DNA of 64,000 bases from Desulfobulbaceae bacterium (GCA_019163335.1 JAFLKM010000026.1:26347-90346); one strand, 5' to 3'; numbered from the stretch's first letter, positions 21,484 to 30,886 are shown. Notes: a model not told the origin generated them from the letters alone. Translations and numbers: made by a program.

Positions 21484-21780
21484 GATTATTTCAGTTTCAA
21501 CAAGTTATTCTATAGACCTGTATAACACCACGAATTGAGTGTTATGCAGAAAGATAGACAGGGTTAGGGGACAAAGAAAAAGGGAGAAAAAGGGGAAAGA
21601 TATATTTTTCAAGGGCCGAAAAGGCGCTGAGCGCCCTGGGTGAGTGGATCTCAATGGCAGAATAGATGCGATACTCCGCCCGGACTTTCTGCTCCCGCGC
21701 CCCTGTTCCGGGTACTATTAATCTCTCAAAATCATAACATGATTTTGAGAGACTTGACCCCTTTCCGTGTTGGCCACTCT

Positions 21781-22083
21781 TCAACTTTGAGTATGAGCCG
21801 GTTCTGCGTGCAAACGTAAGCCAAGAGCCTTAATAACCTTCAGCACCGTGGCAAATTCCGGATTGCCATCGGCACCAAGGGCACGATATAACCCCTCTCG
21901 GGAAATACCGGTGTCTCTGGCCAACTGACTCATGCCACGGGCGCGTGATATATCGTTCAGGGCAGCACGAATAAGACTGCCGTCCCCCGGGTCATCCACC
22001 AGGCAGGCATCAAGATAAAGAGCCATGTCTTCCTCGGTTTTGAGTTCATCAACCGGATCCCATGTGGAAAATTTTTCAGCCAT
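21781..22083 (-). CDS. Type II antitoxin, HI1420-like HTH 'addiction module antidote'
   Basis: WDPVDELKTEEDMALYL, ALNDISRARGMSQLARDTGISREGLYRAL..DGNPEFATVLKV. Confidence 0.92.
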   Translation of the reverse strand: MAEKFSTWDPVDELKTEEDMALYLDACLVDDPGDGSLIRAALNDISRARGMSQLARDTGISREGLYRALGADGNPEFATVLKVIKALGLRLHAEPAHTQS

Positions 22084-22086
22084 GAC

Positions 22087-22380
22087 CTATTCCCTCCATT
22101 CTTTAGAAATACCAATGGCGCGGTTAATGTCTGCATCTTGTGTGCGTTTATCGCCACCGGCCAGCAGGACAATTACCGATACGCCATGCCTGAAGAAATA
22201 CACTCGATAACCTGGGCCGTGATCAATCCGTAGCTCAGAAATACCATCACGAACCGGCTTTACGTCACCAAGGTTGCCTGCTGACAAACGGCGAAGACGA
22301 GCGTTAATCCTCGCTACCGCTTGCCGGTCGCGCAAACTGGAAAGCCATCGCTTAAACGTCTCGCTTTGTATAATTTCCAT
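22087..22380 (-). CDS. Type II toxin, RelE/ParE-fold HI1419-like 'addiction module killer'
   Basis: FKRWLSSLRD..ARINARL..GNLGDVK..GISELRIDHGPGYRVYF..LLAGGDKRTQ; toxin-first order. Confidence 0.92.
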   Translation of the reverse strand: MEIIQSETFKRWLSSLRDRQAVARINARLRRLSAGNLGDVKPVRDGISELRIDHGPGYRVYFFRHGVSVIVLLAGGDKRTQDADINRAIGISKEWRE

Positions 22381-22389
22381 CACACCTGA

Positions 22390-22418
22390 ACTGTAACCCA
22401 TGAGTCACACAAGATCAA
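22390..22418 (-). promoter_or_regulatory. TA promoter with an overlapping palindromic operator
   Basis: TTGATC-17-TACAGT on minus; imperfect palindrome TGTAACCCATGAGTCACA at 22392-22409 overlaps the -10. Confidence 0.6.
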
Positions 22419-22516
22419 CGCTGAATATCGAGAAATTCAGACAGCTCGGCAAAACACTCCCGTAACAGTATAAAATCCTTGACCAATAACGGTCTTGTTC
22501 TTCAGACACATCCCGA

Positions 22517-24295
22517 CTATTTCTCCAGCTCAACAAATCCCCAATAAGGGTAATCCAGGCCATAGCGGGCCACAAGGCCGGGGGTATGCTCGCGGCTGGC
22601 CACCAGCCAGAGGTTGTTCTGGCGCTGCTGATCTTCGGAGGCCTCCAAGGGGTCCCAGTTTGGCGAAAACACCAGGGCATTATCGGCGCTGTATTCGATA
22701 TCGCCGGAGCCTTTGAACACGCCCATGTGCGGGGTGTCGGTGTAGCCGTCCTTGGTTCCCCGTGACAGCTCCGAGAGGATAAGAAATGAGACCTGCAACT
22801 CATCGCGAATGGCCTCCAGCTGCCGGAGCCAGGCATCGATACCGGTGCGCTGTTCCGAGAACTCCTTGAATGGCAGTTTATGCAGGCTGTCAATCACCAC
22901 CACGGTGTACTCATTGCGGGTTTCATGACGGATAAAGTCGATATGACGGCGCATGATTTCGGCATTGAGTTTCCGGTCATTAATCACCCGCAGATACCCC
23001 AGCATCTCCTGAAAATCCTGGCAAGCATTGACAAACGAAGGGCCACCCGCACCGGTTGCGCCCGCGTCTTTCACCTCCGGGACGGAAAGGCGACTTAAGC
23101 GGCTCAGGGTGCGCTGGTAGAGTTTCTGCCGGCCATTCTCAAAATCATAATAGAGCACCGGCACCTTGTGCCGCGCCATCTCGGTGGCTATCTGAATGGC
23201 AAAACAGGATTTTCCGGCCTTGGGAGCGCCCCCGATAATATTGATGCCATGCAGACCGTCCAGGGCCTGATCTAAGCGGGGGAATCCCGTCTTCAAGGCC
23301 TCATAGGCGGAACCGGCTTCCTGAGATAATTGCTCACGAAAACGGTCATACTCCCGCTGGGGAGTGGCAAAGGGGGAAAAGGCGCTGGACGCCTGGATCA
23401 TGGTCAAGACTGCGGCCTTGAACTCCTTTCCCTTGTCACAGGCGAGTTGAAAGAGATCATAATTTTTGGGCAGCCCGGCAGGCCACCGGAACAGACGGGC
23501 CTTGTAACCAATTTTGGCGGCGATGGCGCGCGCTGCGGCCTCTGCCTCGGGATTATTTTCGGTGACGATAAAGACGGTGTGAACAAAGGTAAAACGTTCA
23601 GGGGCAAGTGTTTCCAGACTGTGGCAATCGGGCACCGCAACCCCGGGAAAACCGAGCTGTTTCAGGGCCAGCAGGTTGTCCTCGCCCTGACAGAGAAACA
23701 GCGCCCCGTTTTCACAGCGCTGGATCTCTTCACCATTGAAGAGCTGGTGCTGAGTGCCAAAGAACTGCTCATCGCCATGCCAGAAAAAATCCTCCCGACG
23801 CTCAGGAAAGACGCAACGGGCGGCATAGCAATTGCCGTCTTCCTGCACATAAGGGTAAACCAGATAGCGGCCATTATAGCCGATCTTGAGTTCGGCCAGG
23901 ACCGCCGGCCCAATCCCCGCCTGCTGAAACTTCGCCAGGATCTCGTCACTGAGCCGGTCCTGATACATCTTGATTTCATTATTGATGTTGCTGACCGGAT
24001 ACTCGCTCTGCGTCCGGATAAACTCACGATCGGGATCATAGCCCGGCGCGTTGTCCGGACTGATGCCCATGAGTCTGGCAAACCAGAGAGGAAAACCGCC
24101 TGGTACGCAGTGATTCAGGCAGCGAAAGTATCCGTAAAAAAAACCGGAGGTATTCAGAGACACCACCAGACGACCGGCAAACTCCCGGCCCTGCTTCCGG
24201 CAGAAAGGACAGTCCGCAGTCAGGTGCGTTTTCTCCTCCTGCACGTTGTGGAGAAATCTGCGATAAAACGAGGCTACTGCCTCCCCATGTTCCAT
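22517..24295 (-). CDS. Zn-finger + TOPRIM-like + DnaB/SF4 helicase-type ATPase (T7 gp4/Twinkle-like architecture)
   Basis: ATG at 24295 after AGGAGG; CPFC...CLNHC; LFLCQGEDNLLAL; TGFPRLDQALDG, GAPKAGKS, VVIDSL, LILSEL, KGSGDIEYSAD. Confidence 0.85.
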   Translation of the reverse strand: MEHGEAVASFYRRFLHNVQEEKTHLTADCPFCRKQGREFAGRLVVSLNTSGFFYGYFRCLNHCVPGGFPLWFARLMGISPDNAPGYDPDREFIRTQSEYPVSNINNEIKMYQDRLSDEILAKFQQAGIGPAVLAELKIGYNGRYLVYPYVQEDGNCYAARCVFPERREDFFWHGDEQFFGTQHQLFNGEEIQRCENGALFLCQGEDNLLALKQLGFPGVAVPDCHSLETLAPERFTFVHTVFIVTENNPEAEAAARAIAAKIGYKARLFRWPAGLPKNYDLFQLACDKGKEFKAAVLTMIQASSAFSPFATPQREYDRFREQLSQEAGSAYEALKTGFPRLDQALDGLHGINIIGGAPKAGKSCFAIQIATEMARHKVPVLYYDFENGRQKLYQRTLSRLSRLSVPEVKDAGATGAGGPSFVNACQDFQEMLGYLRVINDRKLNAEIMRRHIDFIRHETRNEYTVVVIDSLHKLPFKEFSEQRTGIDAWLRQLEAIRDELQVSFLILSELSRGTKDGYTDTPHMGVFKGSGDIEYSADNALVFSPNWDPLEASEDQQRQNNLWLVASREHTPGLVARYGLDYPYWGFVELEK

Positions 24296-24450
24296 GCGAA
24301 AAGCCTCCTGTGATGATGGAAGAGATAAGAAAGGGACAGAGAAAGAGCCGGAAAAGATCGGCTGTTCTGTGACGCGGCATAACAGGCCGTTATCCAACAG
24401 GAAAGAAGAAAACTTTGCCTGATGTATAACGACTTCTAAAGGGACTACTC

Positions 24451-27400
24451 TCAGGAAACCATTACTGCCAGTTCAGCTTCCAGCATGGGTTGATCAAATT
24501 GGACATGGACGGAACAGGGGACTGCGACTGCCGCCCCTTCCTTCAAGGTGCTTTGCACATAAATTGCCATCACAACCCCTTTCAGGCCGGTGGTCAAGGG
24601 ACATTCAGGCAGCCCGTCCGGCAGGCTGACATGCACCTGCCTCCCTAAAAACTGACGGACATTTTTGATCCGGATCATAAAAGATATCCCTCCGATCGAG
24701 ACATCAACCGCCTGTCCCTGCAGGCCTGTCCCGGTTCCATTGCCGTCGTCATCAAGCAAGGCCATAAGCAGCGGAGCGGAAACGGGATATCGTGTTTGCA
24801 TGCGGCGATTGATTGCCGTGACCTTCAGCGAATCATGCTCACCCAACTGCTGACAGAATGATTCCAGTTTTGCCTCAAGCTCCGGGCAGGAACTTTTGCA
24901 TCTGCGCAGGGCCTCCCGATGCAGGACAAAAGCGTCCACCGTCCCGACACTGGCGGCATTCACCGTCCAGGCTGAAGCCTTAAAAAAAGAATCTGCCCCC
25001 AGGATTTCTCCGGTCCCCACGGTCTTCAGCAGGATTTCATTGCCCCGACGATCCTGATAAAAGAGCTTGGCCCGTCCTTTATTGATAAAAAAGAGCAACT
25101 GCTGATGATCTCCATGCACCACGATATCTTCATCCGGGGTGTAGGTCACATGCTCCATGACCGAATAGAGGCAATTAAACTCTTCGGTGCTGAGGAAGTC
25201 ATAGACATCCGTCCACCTCATCCCCTGTTCCTGTTCAACACTGAGGGTTTTCTGCTCTTCAACTATCTCGGTGGCATGAACAATATCTTCCAGGGCCAGG
25301 GCATCAATTTCAACCAACCGATGGCAAAGCGCCTCCGCCTTATCAAACTGGTGCAGATAACTCATGGTGGAGATCAGATCAAGGAGCAGTGATTTCGCCG
25401 CCGTCAGCCGGTTTTGACCAAGGAGTACGTACACTTCCAACTCCTCGGCGAGATTGGTCACCGGCGTGTAGTCTTTTCCTACTGCTTCCGACACAGACTG
25501 ACCGGACTTGCCGGCGACCAGTGAATGCTGCTCAACATTTTTGCGCTTTCGTTCCCGGAGGGTGTGTGCCTCGATCACCTCCACCCCCCGACGTGCGGCC
25601 CGCCAGACCTGTTCGGCCATATTTTTGGGGCGTGCGTCCTCTTTCCCGAGAAAGGCCTGCAAGGCTTTCTGCGCTTGCAAGGACCCGCTTCTTCCCAAGG
25701 TATGACAGATACTGACCAGAAGGGTTGTTTTGATATCTGCTGAAAAATATCGCTCATCCTTTAACAACTCAACCAACGCCCCGACAACCTCTTCGTCCAC
25801 CACCGAGGCCAACGCCCGCACCACCTGAAATTTCAATTTTTCGCTGATCTGGGGCAGGGCCTCAAGGAGTTCCTGCTTCCTCTTCTTTTCGCTGAGCCGC
25901 TGAATGCAGGAGAGGGCCTCACTCTGCACGCGCAAATCTTCATGGGAAAGATAGCTATGGATAGCCCTGATATCCTTTTCATCTCCAGTCCCACTGAGCA
26001 GCCTGAGCAAGTTACGTTTTCCATACCAGGGCATGGGGCTCTGCAAACGCTCAAGCAAGAGAGGGGTCAGGCTCGGGCCCACACTATTCAGAATTTTTAA
26101 GAGCTTAATCCGCTCTGACCTCTTGGTATTGGCCAGCAATGCGTCCAGCAAAAACTGAATCCCCAGAGGGCCGGACATGATAATCTTCTGGCAATGCATC
26201 TCCTCGAGCGGTTTCACAAAACACTGCTCCAGATAAGCCTGAAGAACCTCTCGATCCACGGCTTTATCCTGAATCAGACCCACCTGTTTCCTGACCTCCG
26301 GCGATTTCTTCAGTGCCCCTGAACGAATCGCGTAAAAGAAGGGAAGGATCTTCTCAACCAGCTCCTCTTTTCCTGTTTTTTGCGCATAATTCAGGACTGC
26401 CTGCAAAACCGCAACCGCTCGAATCCAGGAATCGTCGACGTCCTCTGCATTTCTTACCCAGTGAAGAAATGTAGGGGTTAATTTCTCCAGCCAGCTCCAA
26501 CAGGCCAGGGCGACAAGTTTTTCACCAATCAGCCCAAGCCCTTGACCACATCGAGCACGCAGCTCCGCATCATTCAGCTTGAGCCCTCCCACCAGGGTCT
26601 GAATAATGGCCGCCGCAACATTCTCTTTTTTATTCTCCATGAGCCGCTCAAAAGCCCCGGAGAGATAAAGCAGAATCTCCTTATTCCGCAGTCCCTCCAG
26701 ACTGCCTTGGGCCAGCGCGGATAATCCTGCCTGCAGCCGTTTACTCTGCCGCTGCATTTCTGTCATGCCCATAATTTCACAGGCGTGCAGCTGGCGTCCC
26801 TTCACCGTCTTCATCAAATTGCGGCTGCAATCCTCCAGCAATGACCGGGTCTCCACCGCTTTTTGCCCCGGCGACAGGACAAACTTTTCGCTCTCCTGCC
26901 TTAAGAAGTCAATCAGGGCTCGAAAACGTTCCTTATCAAGTGCGGCGACCAGACTGGAGAAAAATGTTGCTGCCATGGGAGAGGAGTACTGTTGACAAAA
27001 AAGCAGGGACAATGATTCACGATCCAGCTGTTCAACCAACCAGGCAGCTGCACCGTCTGCCATTTTCTGTCGTTCTTCCTCTGTCAGTGCCAGACTGACG
27101 CTTTCCAGCAAGTGATTAAACGCAGGGGAGATTTCATAGAGTCTTTCCTGTTGCAGAGGCTGAAGCGCTGAACATATCGCAGCCGAAAAAAGGGCCACGC
27201 CCTTTGCCTGATTTTTCAGGGTTTTCCGGGCGGCCTCGTTCTGTGTCTCGCCTGATCCGGTGTGAAGGAGCGACAATATCTCCTCCTGCCCCACGCCATC
27301 CGCTATTATTTGCTGCACACAACTGGCGAAAGTTTTGAGACAGGGTGCTGCCAGGACTTTACAAACTTCCCCGGAAGTACAAAAAATATCCTCCAGATCA

Positions 27401-27801
27401 GCCTGTTGAACAAGGGCCTTACTCCCCCCTGCCTTTTGAATCTGCTCAGGAGTCGCGACAAAGAAAGACAGGAGCTTCTTCAATCGTTTCCGGTCTATCC
27501 TCTGATTCAGGCTCAAGCCCTCAAATCCTGACTTGGCAAGGGTATCCACCAGGGTCAGAGCATCCAGCTGCTCACGTCCTTTTCTATCAAAAGCAATACC
27601 ATCGAGCGTCGGCACCCCATCACGCAGACCAAAGCAGAAGGTCTTGTAGAGGCGCAGAAACAGCTTCAACTCCGCGTAGGCCTTCTCCGCTGCATTGAGG
27701 GCCTGCGCACTCTGCTCGGAATAAAGGCGAAGATTGGTAATCGCCTTGTTAATGTACTTTAACACCTCTAAAGCATGCTGCTGCCGATCAACATTTGCCA
27801 T
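24451..27801 (-). CDS. HEAT-repeat / cNMP-binding-fold / PilZ multidomain protein
   Basis: HEAT-like repeats (PWYGKRNLLRLL, LSHEDLRVQSEAL); cNMP fold (DIVVHGD..LFFINKGRAKL..GEILG); PilZ motifs RMQTR and DVSIGG. Confidence 0.85.
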   Translation of the reverse strand: MANVDRQQHALEVLKYINKAITNLRLYSEQSAQALNAAEKAYAELKLFLRLYKTFCFGLRDGVPTLDGIAFDRKGREQLDALTLVDTLAKSGFEGLSLNQRIDRKRLKKLLSFFVATPEQIQKAGGSKALVQQADLEDIFCTSGEVCKVLAAPCLKTFASCVQQIIADGVGQEEILSLLHTGSGETQNEAARKTLKNQAKGVALFSAAICSALQPLQQERLYEISPAFNHLLESVSLALTEEERQKMADGAAAWLVEQLDRESLSLLFCQQYSSPMAATFFSSLVAALDKERFRALIDFLRQESEKFVLSPGQKAVETRSLLEDCSRNLMKTVKGRQLHACEIMGMTEMQRQSKRLQAGLSALAQGSLEGLRNKEILLYLSGAFERLMENKKENVAAAIIQTLVGGLKLNDAELRARCGQGLGLIGEKLVALACWSWLEKLTPTFLHWVRNAEDVDDSWIRAVAVLQAVLNYAQKTGKEELVEKILPFFYAIRSGALKKSPEVRKQVGLIQDKAVDREVLQAYLEQCFVKPLEEMHCQKIIMSGPLGIQFLLDALLANTKRSERIKLLKILNSVGPSLTPLLLERLQSPMPWYGKRNLLRLLSGTGDEKDIRAIHSYLSHEDLRVQSEALSCIQRLSEKKRKQELLEALPQISEKLKFQVVRALASVVDEEVVGALVELLKDERYFSADIKTTLLVSICHTLGRSGSLQAQKALQAFLGKEDARPKNMAEQVWRAARRGVEVIEAHTLRERKRKNVEQHSLVAGKSGQSVSEAVGKDYTPVTNLAEELEVYVLLGQNRLTAAKSLLLDLISTMSYLHQFDKAEALCHRLVEIDALALEDIVHATEIVEEQKTLSVEQEQGMRWTDVYDFLSTEEFNCLYSVMEHVTYTPDEDIVVHGDHQQLLFFINKGRAKLFYQDRRGNEILLKTVGTGEILGADSFFKASAWTVNAASVGTVDAFVLHREALRRCKSSCPELEAKLESFCQQLGEHDSLKVTAINRRMQTRYPVSAPLLMALLDDDGNGTGTGLQGQAVDVSIGGISFMIRIKNVRQFLGRQVHVSLPDGLPECPLTTGLKGVVMAIYVQSTLKEGAAVAVPCSVHVQFDQPMLEAELAVMVS

Positions 27802-28010
27802 AAAAAAACCCTGTTAAATATACCTATCAAGGACCTGCCTTACATTCTTATTCTATAGAAGCATTCAAATTGACACAAAAAAACAAACAACCCACTATGG
27901 AAGGGGTCCGGCTTAAATGCACATTGATGCGAACTCCTCCAAGCCATTCTCTCCAATGCCCTACACAATCAAACCACAAAACAATAAAAAACGAAATGCT
28001 GGACAATGGA

Positions 28011-28616
28011 TTAATGCGTTAAAACCTCAATAACCCGGTGCTTTTCCAACATGGTGAGAAGTTCACACAAGGGCAACCCGACAACATTTGAATAGGACCC
28101 CCTGATCTCTTTGACCAGAAACGCCCCCTTTCCTTGAATCCCATAGGCACCGGCCTTATCCAGAGGCTCACCGGTGGCCGCATAGGCCTCAGCTGTTTTC
28201 TTAGAAAACCGACTGAACACAACCTGGGTGATCACGGACTGTACCGCAATAACATTTTCCTGATGACAGCCAAGGCAGATCCCGGTCTGGACGCAATGTT
28301 CTTCGCCGGAAAGCTGCATCAGCATCGAGACTGCGTCCTTTCTATCTTTGGGTTTCCCAAGCACACTCCCGGCGAAATAGACCACCGTATCTGCTGCCAC
28401 CACCCAACTCTCAGGATTCAATTCCATCACCACCCGAGCCTTTTCTTCAGCCATCCGCTGAACAAAAGCCTGCGGATTTTCCTTGGGCAATGGCGTTTCA
28501 TCAATATCCGCCGCATGCACCCGAACGGTAAGACCAAGATCGTCAAAATAACGCTGCCTCCGAGGGGAAGCAGAGGCAAGGATCAGAGGCTTGCAGACCT
28601 TATATATTGTTGGCAT
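28011..28616 (-). CDS. maf: Maf family nucleoside triphosphate pyrophosphatase
   Basis: LILASASPRR, DIDET, AADTVV..LGKP, DKAGAYGIQG, SNVVGLP. Confidence 0.96.
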   Translation of the reverse strand: MPTIYKVCKPLILASASPRRQRYFDDLGLTVRVHAADIDETPLPKENPQAFVQRMAEEKARVVMELNPESWVVAADTVVYFAGSVLGKPKDRKDAVSMLMQLSGEEHCVQTGICLGCHQENVIAVQSVITQVVFSRFSKKTAEAYAATGEPLDKAGAYGIQGKGAFLVKEIRGSYSNVVGLPLCELLTMLEKHRVIEVLTH

Positions 28617-28636
28617 TTCAAGAATTCATCGACTAG

Positions 28637-29389
28637 CTATCCCCGGATTGCATACCCGCCATCGACCGTAATCACCTGCCCCTGAATCATTTTTGACAGC
28701 TGGGAACACAAAAATAAAGCGGTATCAGCGACATCGTCAGGGGTGGTCAATCGCCCCAGGGGAGTCCGCCGCAGGGCCGTCTCCAGGATCTCATCCCGGT
28801 TGGGAAATTTTTTCAGGGCATCCGTGTCCACTGCCCCGGCACTAATGGTGTTAACATTGATTCCCGCCGGTCCCAGTTCCACCGCCAGATGCCGCACAAG
28901 AGACTCAAGGGCGGCCTTAGAGGCACCCACTGTGGTATAATTTTCAATGGCCCGGGTGGCCCCCAGACTGGACACTGCCAAGACCCGGCTGCCCCGGCTC
29001 ATCAGGGGAAATCCCTTCTGCACCAAGGTCAGCAAGGCGCGGGCATTGATATCCATGGCCCAATCCCAGTGCCGCTCGGTCAACTCCATCACCGGCTTCA
29101 AAACCCCGGAAGCCGCATTCGAAACAAGGATATCAAGGGTACCGAATTCGCGGGCTATGACCGCAAACATCTCAGTGACATCGGCCTCCTCGGCTACATT
29201 GGCTTTGACAAGGAAACATCGTCCGCCATGCTTTTCAATTTCCTCGGCCGTTGCTTCGGCATCACGCTTATGCCGGACATAATTCACCACCAGATGAACC
29301 CCATTTTCGGCCAGGCGAATAGCTATTGCCCGACCGATCCCTCGTGAGCCGCCTGTAACTAAAGCAACTTTTCCTTTTAAATCAAACAT
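28637..29389 (-). CDS. fabL: SDR oxidoreductase, FabL-like enoyl-ACP reductase
   Basis: TGGSRGIG, NAASGVLKPVMEL, YTTVGASK (Yx6K spacing), GAVDTDALKKFPNR resemble Bacillus FabL. Confidence 0.7.
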   Translation of the reverse strand: MFDLKGKVALVTGGSRGIGRAIAIRLAENGVHLVVNYVRHKRDAEATAEEIEKHGGRCFLVKANVAEEADVTEMFAVIAREFGTLDILVSNAASGVLKPVMELTERHWDWAMDINARALLTLVQKGFPLMSRGSRVLAVSSLGATRAIENYTTVGASKAALESLVRHLAVELGPAGINVNTISAGAVDTDALKKFPNRDEILETALRRTPLGRLTTPDDVADTALFLCSQLSKMIQGQVITVDGGYAIRG

Positions 29390-29628
29390 AATACCATCCT
29401 ATTATACGATACACTGGACCATCCGCTTAATGCGTTTGCCGATCAAAAAATACACGAGGAAGCTCGTGCGGTACATGAAACGGAAAACAAGACAAGAAGA
29501 CTGGAATGGTCACAGGTCTCTATGACACCCCTTTCTCCCCATGCGCAATCTAATTGCAGCCTTCATTGCTCATGGGGAGAACTCAACATTTCATCCCGGT
29601 TTTCAGGTTCCACTACTTAAAACGATTC

Positions 29629-30570
29629 TTATCCTCGACGCAAGACAAGAACGGCTCGTTTCATGGAATTCACGACATATCGAAATGGCCGAAACCGTAT
29701 CGGAGACAAGACCTCGGGAGCGACAAAACCGGACCCGAAAAAATCAGATGGTTCGAGGAGCGGAAAGTCAATCCCAGAGAGCTGCGCACCCGGCAAATCA
29801 CTCTGACTGGCCGCACACCACATCGGACTCCGGCCAGGATCCAACTCGAGAAGAGCCAGCATGGCGGTATCCAGGGCCACGGCACTTTTTGAGGATGCGA
29901 CACAACCAAGGAGAAGAGGCTCTCCATGCGCAGGGCCATGCCGGTGCATCACCTCAATCCCATCGGCGATAGTGACCGTATTCGGCAACACAGTTGATAA
30001 CTCAAGGATGATCCTTGAGAACAGATCGGGCGAGTCGCCGTAACGCATATGGAGCCAGGATTTACGCATCCCTTTCACTATTCCAAAAATATTTTTCACC
30101 GCCATGGTGACATACATCTGATCATGGGCCTTGATCTTCGGCAGATTGACCAGCAAATCACAATCAAGGGCCTGGGACGCGATACCAACCGTTACACCGC
30201 ACGGCAGACGCTTGTGACAAACAGAGGTAAATTCAATAATCGGTACATTCATGCCCCGCAAGGCTTGAACCATCCCGTGTCGTTCAGCGACCTTAATGGC
30301 ACGGCCAAAGGCTGGCGAATCACCAACAGCAACACGACAGCCCTGATCGAGGAACCATGACGCCACTGCGGCTATAAACCCGGCATGGGTACAGGCAAGG
30401 GCCGGCACACTCGCAGCGATGAGATTAGGCTTCAATACAACCTTGGACCCAGGGGATAAATGCAAGTCACCAAGATGCGGCATGAGATTCGCCAGCAACG
30501 GTTGAAGAGAGCTGCGTCCATAGTCCTGACAACGATCGAGACAAACGGAGACAGATGGGGATGGGTTCAT
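29629..30570 (-). CDS. DUF362 family protein
   Basis: VVLKPNL, VGDSP, VNLPKIKAH..TMAVKNIFG, IADGI..M...GP..G. Confidence 0.88.
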   Translation of the reverse strand: MNPSPSVSVCLDRCQDYGRSSLQPLLANLMPHLGDLHLSPGSKVVLKPNLIAASVPALACTHAGFIAAVASWFLDQGCRVAVGDSPAFGRAIKVAERHGMVQALRGMNVPIIEFTSVCHKRLPCGVTVGIASQALDCDLLVNLPKIKAHDQMYVTMAVKNIFGIVKGMRKSWLHMRYGDSPDLFSRIILELSTVLPNTVTIADGIEVMHRHGPAHGEPLLLGCVASSKSAVALDTAMLALLELDPGRSPMWCAASQSDLPGAQLSGIDFPLLEPSDFFGSGFVAPEVLSPIRFRPFRYVVNSMKRAVLVLRRG

Positions 30571-30886
30571 AAAAGGGAGCGCATTACAAACAGGAACTCT
30601 GGAAATAGAAAAAGCCAGTCACACACAAGGAGGACCGGCTTTTTCCAGGAGAGAAGAGAAGAGATAATTAGAGTATTGCATTTAATATGCCATCCACCAG
30701 GCAATAAAAGATACCGAACAATAACGGCCTGTTAAATTACATTTAAAATCTGAGATCGCGACACTTTCCATGGGAAAATTAAAAAAACTATACTTCCCAG
30801 TATAACAATGACGCTAACGTTGCGATGTTAGCCATAATATCAACCAGTTATACTGGAATATTTTTTTTAACTCCGCCTACAACCAA

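Noticed and set aside
21518..21549. dif/Xer site
   Set aside because: No TTATGTTAAAT-like XerD arm and the spacing is not 11-6-11.
21542..21784. 80-aa ORF downstream of the antitoxin
   Set aside because: TTG start, runs through a hairpin and low-complexity tract, no recognisable motifs; not called as a gene.
20644..24295. Prophage
   Set aside because: No integrase, structural, terminase or lysis genes, and no att duplication seen.
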